64,000 nucleotides of DNA, taken from positions 6,719 through 70,718 of the IMG/VR virus record IMGVR_UViG_3300009183_004297; one strand, written 5' to 3'. The translations under genes and the position numbers were made by a program. The notes below the pieces were generated by a model. The model had not been told where the DNA came from. It saw only the letters and a list, made by a program, of their open reading frames with translations, and ran no database searches. This document shows positions 60,717-64,000 of this stretch, piece after piece. Each line of letters starts with the position of its first letter. The first letter of the stretch is position 1. This DNA is from a virus.

Positions 60717-60934
60717 GGACTGGGTAGAGCAAGTTGCGGGCTGGACAATTGACAATGGTCAATATGCAACAGATAATCCACAGAGGACCTAGTATGACTG
60801 GTAGCAATGCACAAATCGCAATATGTTAGCCAGTAGCATTAGGTCACGAACCTTGTTCAGAGGTTGGAGTTAAGTTCCAGTATCATTGGTTAGAATGAAC
60901 TAGATGGTGCCTGCTCTCATCTCTCTACTCGTCC
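60717..60934 (-). ncRNA. Candidate ~220-nt multi-stem structured RNA
   Basis: 5' GGAC-GAGTAGAG pairs with 3' CTCTACCC-A-GTCC; inner GCAGGC/GCCCGC; hairpins CTAGTTCATT/AATGATACTGG, AACCT/AGGTT, GACCTA..ACTGG/CCAGT..TAGGTC and TGGAT/GTCCA. Confidence 0.7.
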
Positions 60935-60936
60935 AC

Positions 60937-60958
60937 GGACCTGGCCGAAGCCAGACCC
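60937..60958 (-). other. cUUCGg tetraloop hairpin between the stop codon and the RNA
   Basis: GGGTCTGGC-TTCG-GCCAGGTCC with no U tract. Confidence 0.7.
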
Positions 60959-61531
60959 TTAAACCAAATTTTCTCGTTGCAGAATTTCAATTACTTCTGC
61001 GCTCAGTTCAATTTCTGTACGCACGTTCAATTCCAAAATTTCGTCATTGATACGTTGCTTTTGTTTTTTCATGTCACGCAAGACCACTTTGATTTGGTCC
61101 AAGGCTTCACGTGGCAACACGCCAGTTGTGACATCATCGTGGTGACCGTAAAGGCTCGCACGACTGTCCGCTGGACGAGTTTTGATCTTTTCCAGCTTGC
61201 CCTTGATCACTTCAATGTCATCGCGATTTTCAGCTGATGCAAACACGCCCAGTTGCTCAATGCGCTTGTCGGTATAGGCCGCACGTGCCAAGCGATCTGC
61301 CACACCACTTTGTGCGTTGGCAATGTTTACCTGCGCACGAATGCTGTACAATGCAACCAACAGGTCATTGCGACGACTGTCTGCAATCATCACTTCCTCG
61401 GCCTTTTGATTCAACACTGTTTCTGGTGTTTGGAATTCGTTGATTTTCACTTCCAAGTTCACTGTGATACCGCGCATGGTTTCTTGGATGGAGTTTTGTA
61501 GAGCTGATGATTTACGTAGATTGATTTTCAT
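60959..61531 (-). CDS. All-helical coiled-coil protein, DIP1984/DUF6847-like by recall
   Basis: MKINLRKSSALQ..., LYSIRAQVNIAN, KQKQRINDEILELNVRTEIEL; family match unverified. Confidence 0.7.
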   Translation of the reverse strand: MKINLRKSSALQNSIQETMRGITVNLEVKINEFQTPETVLNQKAEEVMIADSRRNDLLVALYSIRAQVNIANAQSGVADRLARAAYTDKRIEQLGVFASAENRDDIEVIKGKLEKIKTRPADSRASLYGHHDDVTTGVLPREALDQIKVVLRDMKKQKQRINDEILELNVRTEIELSAEVIEILQRENLV

Positions 61532-61552
61532 TTGTATTTCCTTGACTATAGT

Positions 61553-61581
61553 ATTTTATACGATTGACCTCGCAAGGTCAA
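61553..61581 (-). promoter_or_regulatory. Sigma70-like promoter with a palindrome over the -35
   Basis: TTGACC-17nt-TAAAAT; inverted repeat TTGACCT-N4-AGGTCAA at 61564-61581. Confidence 0.55.
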
Positions 61582-61591
61582 CCTTTCTGGC

Positions 61592-62413
61592 TCAAATTTC
61601 AAACCCAACTGTGGGATCAAAAATGTTTGCTTGTGTTTCGTATCCCCTGTAGCCACGTGGGTTACAGATCACACGGCACTGCCCAATCATGTAGTCACTT
61701 GGGTCATGCATGTGCCCGTGTGTCCAAAACAGCACGTTTTCGTGATCCAAGATAAACTCACTTAGGTCACTGGCATATCCACCGTTCATGTCCACATCGT
61801 GCCGGTAGTGCTCATGCACACTTTGATAGCTGGGCGCATGATGCGTACACACCACAATCTTCCGGTCGCGATTCAATTCCAATATGGTCTTGAAGTACTC
61901 CTTGGTACGCATGTGAGTTTCCATGGTATCTTGCGGAGTCAGCTTGCGATAGATAGGTCCTGCCTTGTTGGTGATAGCACGGTAGTCATTCATACCATGC
62001 TTGAGCACCTGCACACACATGGGATTACCCTTGTTGCAGTCAGTCCACAGTGTAGCACCCAAGAATATCACACCGTCAATTTCAACGTGTTCGTTTTCCA
62101 ACACTGTCACATTGTCCGGCACAGTGGCCTTGAGCTCATGCACAGTCTTGTCGTAGCGTCCGTGATAGTGTTCGTGATTGCCCATAACATAGATAACTTC
62201 GCGGTACTTGGCACATTCTTCATGGAAGAAACGCTGAGCACGATCCATACGTTTGAGATCGCCTACATCAGTCATGATGTTCATTGGGTCATACTTGTAC
62301 TTGGTCAGGGTGCGGCTTTCGCACACATCACCTGACAAAATCAGCACGTCTCCGCCTGGCAACTCTAGGTCGCCAAACTCAAGATGCAGGTCTGATATAA
62401 CATTAATTTTCAT
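61592..62413 (-). CDS. Calcineurin-like metallophosphoesterase
   Basis: SDLH, SGD, GNHE, THHAP, HGHMH motifs. Confidence 0.9.
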   Translation of the reverse strand: MKINVISDLHLEFGDLELPGGDVLILSGDVCESRTLTKYKYDPMNIMTDVGDLKRMDRAQRFFHEECAKYREVIYVMGNHEHYHGRYDKTVHELKATVPDNVTVLENEHVEIDGVIFLGATLWTDCNKGNPMCVQVLKHGMNDYRAITNKAGPIYRKLTPQDTMETHMRTKEYFKTILELNRDRKIVVCTHHAPSYQSVHEHYRHDVDMNGGYASDLSEFILDHENVLFWTHGHMHDPSDYMIGQCRVICNPRGYRGYETQANIFDPTVGFEI

Positions 62414-62419
62414 AACGCA

Positions 62420-62448
62420 ATTATAGCATGAGACCATGGTCTGGTCAA
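62420..62448 (-). promoter_or_regulatory. Sigma70 promoter, leaderless geometry, palindromic spacer
   Basis: TTGACC-17nt-TATAAT; spacer contains AGACCATGGTCT; ATG at 62413. Confidence 0.65.
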
Positions 62449-62449
62449 G

Positions 62450-62474
62450 AAAAAAGGTGCCCTAAAGCACCTTT
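62450..62474 (-). terminator. Rho-independent terminator
   Basis: AAAGGTGC-loop-GCACCTTTTTT on the minus strand. Confidence 0.7.
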
Positions 62475-62491
62475 GATTAGTCCAAAATCAA

Positions 62492-62788
62492 TTAGACTGT
62501 GATGCCCAAAGACTGAGCGCGGTATGCGAGCGCAACCATTTTGCGGCTGGCTTCGCCATGACGGTATTCAGTTACCTGAACGCCATTGCCTGCTTTACGA
62601 GCCTTGGCATAAACTGCATAACCACGGTTACGAATAACGCTGATGGTAGCAGTTGGATTAGCGATGCTAAAACGCTTTTGGATTTGTGCTTCGCTCAGAA
62701 CCTCTCCATCCAAGACCAAGGCCTTGAATAGTTTACCTTGCTTGGTAGTAAGGTCAAAATTGCGGATTGCTTTAGTTTGATGTTTCAT
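62492..62788 (-). CDS. Winged helix-turn-helix-like DNA-binding protein
   Basis: LSEAQIQKRFSIANPTATISVIRNRGYAVY. Confidence 0.65.
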   Translation of the reverse strand: MKHQTKAIRNFDLTTKQGKLFKALVLDGEVLSEAQIQKRFSIANPTATISVIRNRGYAVYAKARKAGNGVQVTEYRHGEASRKMVALAYRAQSLGITV

Positions 62789-62846
62789 TTTTAAGTTTCC
62801 TTTATAAAGTAGCTGTATCACAGCATGATCTAAGTATAACAAAAAC

Positions 62847-62891
62847 AAGAAACCCTTGCAATACCTTTTGGTAATATTGCAAGGGTTTCTT
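62847..62891. repeat. 17-bp perfect inverted repeat (terminator/operator)
   Basis: AAGAAACCCTTGCAATA-11nt-TATTGCAAGGGTTTCTT; overlaps TTGCAA-17-TATACT. Confidence 0.75.
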
Positions 62892-62910
62892 TACCAAACC
62901 GTATTGACTT

Positions 62911-63102
62911 TTATTTCTTTTTCTTTGGTTCTGGATCAGTTGGGCTACCAGTGGTAACTTTTTCTGCTTTCTTGTGAACCTTGATGGTCTTGCACACTTC
63001 CTTCTTGGTCTTCTCGTCAGGGTGGCAAACCTTCTTGGTTTCTGCTTCTGCGTGTACGCTGAGTGCGAACATCAAAGCAATCGCTGATAATAGATATTTC
63101 AT
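62911..63102 (-). CDS. Small secreted Lys-rich protein with a Cys pair
   Basis: Signal peptide MKYLLSAIALMFALSVHA; KKVC...KEVCKTIKVHKK. Confidence 0.65.
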   Translation of the reverse strand: MKYLLSAIALMFALSVHAEAETKKVCHPDEKTKKEVCKTIKVHKKAEKVTTGSPTDPEPKKKK

Positions 63103-63433
63103 AACCGGCTCCTTAAAGTGCTTAGGTATTTATCCACGACGGTTTTATCTAACTTCATTCTATGTGCTATTTGGTCTGCATCTAAATGCCGCTCAAGATA
63201 GCTTCGTATTTCGCAAGCCCGATCTCGATCCTTGGATAGAAAAAATGAGGCATCATCCGCCCCATTTTTCTTGGTACTTTGCGAGTGCAAGTTGCCTTGC
63301 GAGCCACAGCCTAAACTTAATGTGTTCACTGAGATCACCGTCTAGTTGTTGTTTGTTGTGTACAAGTTCAGGACGACGATATGCTACAAAAAAATCTATT
63401 TCGTCGTAGCTATCGCCGTCACTGTCCTCTATA

Positions 63434-63643
63434 TCACTTGCTAGCTGGTGCAGTTGCTGGTGCAGCCTTTTTGTCGTCCTTTTTTGCGGGACTTTTTACA
63501 GGCGCCTTTTTGTCCTCCTTGACAACAGGAACAGGTGCGTCAGCTTTGGTCACTGCTGGAGTTGCTACAGGAGCCTTGGGTGCTTCTGCGGCAAATGCGG
63601 ATACTGCGAAAGCGGTTGCGATAAGAGCGATAAGTTGTTTCAT
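63434..63643 (-). CDS. Small secreted Ala/Pro/Lys-rich protein
   Basis: MKQLIALIATAFAVSAFA signal peptide; AAGGAG-like RBS. Confidence 0.65.
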   Translation of the reverse strand: MKQLIALIATAFAVSAFAAEAPKAPVATPAVTKADAPVPVVKEDKKAPVKSPAKKDDKKAAPATAPASK

Positions 63644-63712
63644 TTGATTCTCCATTAAGGTTAGTTTGAAACTTGTAGACTAGAACTTTCTACCCTACAT
63701 ATATACAACGCC

Positions 63713-63895
63713 TTACTCAGTTACTTCGTTGACAGCTTTTTTACTCAAACTCCAACTACCGTTGCCCTGATCTGTCCATGTGAGCACATCGCCTTCTTTC
63801 CAGCCCACTTGAGTCAGCATTTCAGGAGGAAACTCCAGAATACAATCGCCAGTAGCTGGATCCTCTTGTAGTTCCACGGTCCATGAAGTTTTCAT
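63713..63895 (-). CDS. AbrB/SpoVT-like small DNA-binding protein
   Basis: ILEFPPEML..VGWKEGDVLTW. Confidence 0.6.
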   Translation of the reverse strand: MKTSWTVELQEDPATGDCILEFPPEMLTQVGWKEGDVLTWTDQGNGSWSLSKKAVNEVTE

Positions 63896-64000
63896 TTGCA
63901 CACCTTTGCAATTTCATCTGCTGGCATACTGGCACGGATAGCTTCAATGCGGCACTGACCTTTTTGATATTGATCAAGAGCCAGGCCAGCAAAAGGAATA

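Noticed and set aside
60686-60814. 43-aa N-terminal extension of the beta-barrel ORF in the track
   Set aside because: The real signal peptide and RBS start at 60685; the extension overlaps the structured RNA candidate.
60937-60958. Hairpin read as an intrinsic terminator
   Set aside because: No U tract on the coding strand; more likely a stabilising or processing hairpin.
63479-63485. A-AAA-AAG slippery site explaining the startless frame
   Set aside because: It would give a -1 shift, which hits TAG soon after; the protein-like frame is +1.
1-64000. Bacterial chromosome origin suggested by dnaK, clpA, infA, sod and erpA
   Set aside because: These genes are interleaved with lysis, baseplate, fibre and clamp-loader genes and tiny ORFs, and lack their normal operon partners.
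1-64000. CRISPR array, tRNA, rRNA, integrase or transposase, reverse transcriptase
   Set aside because: None recognised by eye; all repeats lie in reading frames. A tRNAscan/cmscan run is still advisable.
1-64000. Stop-codon reassignment as in some jumbo phages
   Set aside because: Known genes translate full length in the standard code, and TAA, TAG and TGA all end genes.

Overview
This 64 kb window is best read as part of a large (jumbo-type, T4-like/myovirus-like) dsDNA bacteriophage genome in the standard genetic code, with genes densely packed and mostly on the minus strand. Left part: a delta-9 desaturase (partial), glycosyltransferases, Dps, radical SAM proteins, modular putative head proteins, ClpA/DnaJ, a lysis cassette (GH19 endolysin, spanins, 3TM holin), PhoH, DnaK, a clamp-loader subunit, GroES, a truncated DnaE piece, Hc1 and MazG-like genes. 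Middle (29.8-50.6 kb): very large baseplate and fibre proteins with tandem repeats. Right part: ErpA, ferredoxin, SOD, IF-1, an array of small paralogues ending in F-x-L-[KR]-W, a beta-barrel outer-membrane protein and a metallophosphoesterase. Top candidate for an undescribed system: a ~220 nt multi-stem structured RNA (60717-60934, minus strand) lying directly after a coiled-coil protein gene (DIP1984-like by recall). Two of its loops carry UUG triplets at exact 7-nt spacing. Second candidate: head 'polyproteins' built of unrelated modules separated by a repeated GVAEG motif, together with capsid-targeting-like N-termini on enzymes such as SOD. All calls are by eye; no database searches were run.
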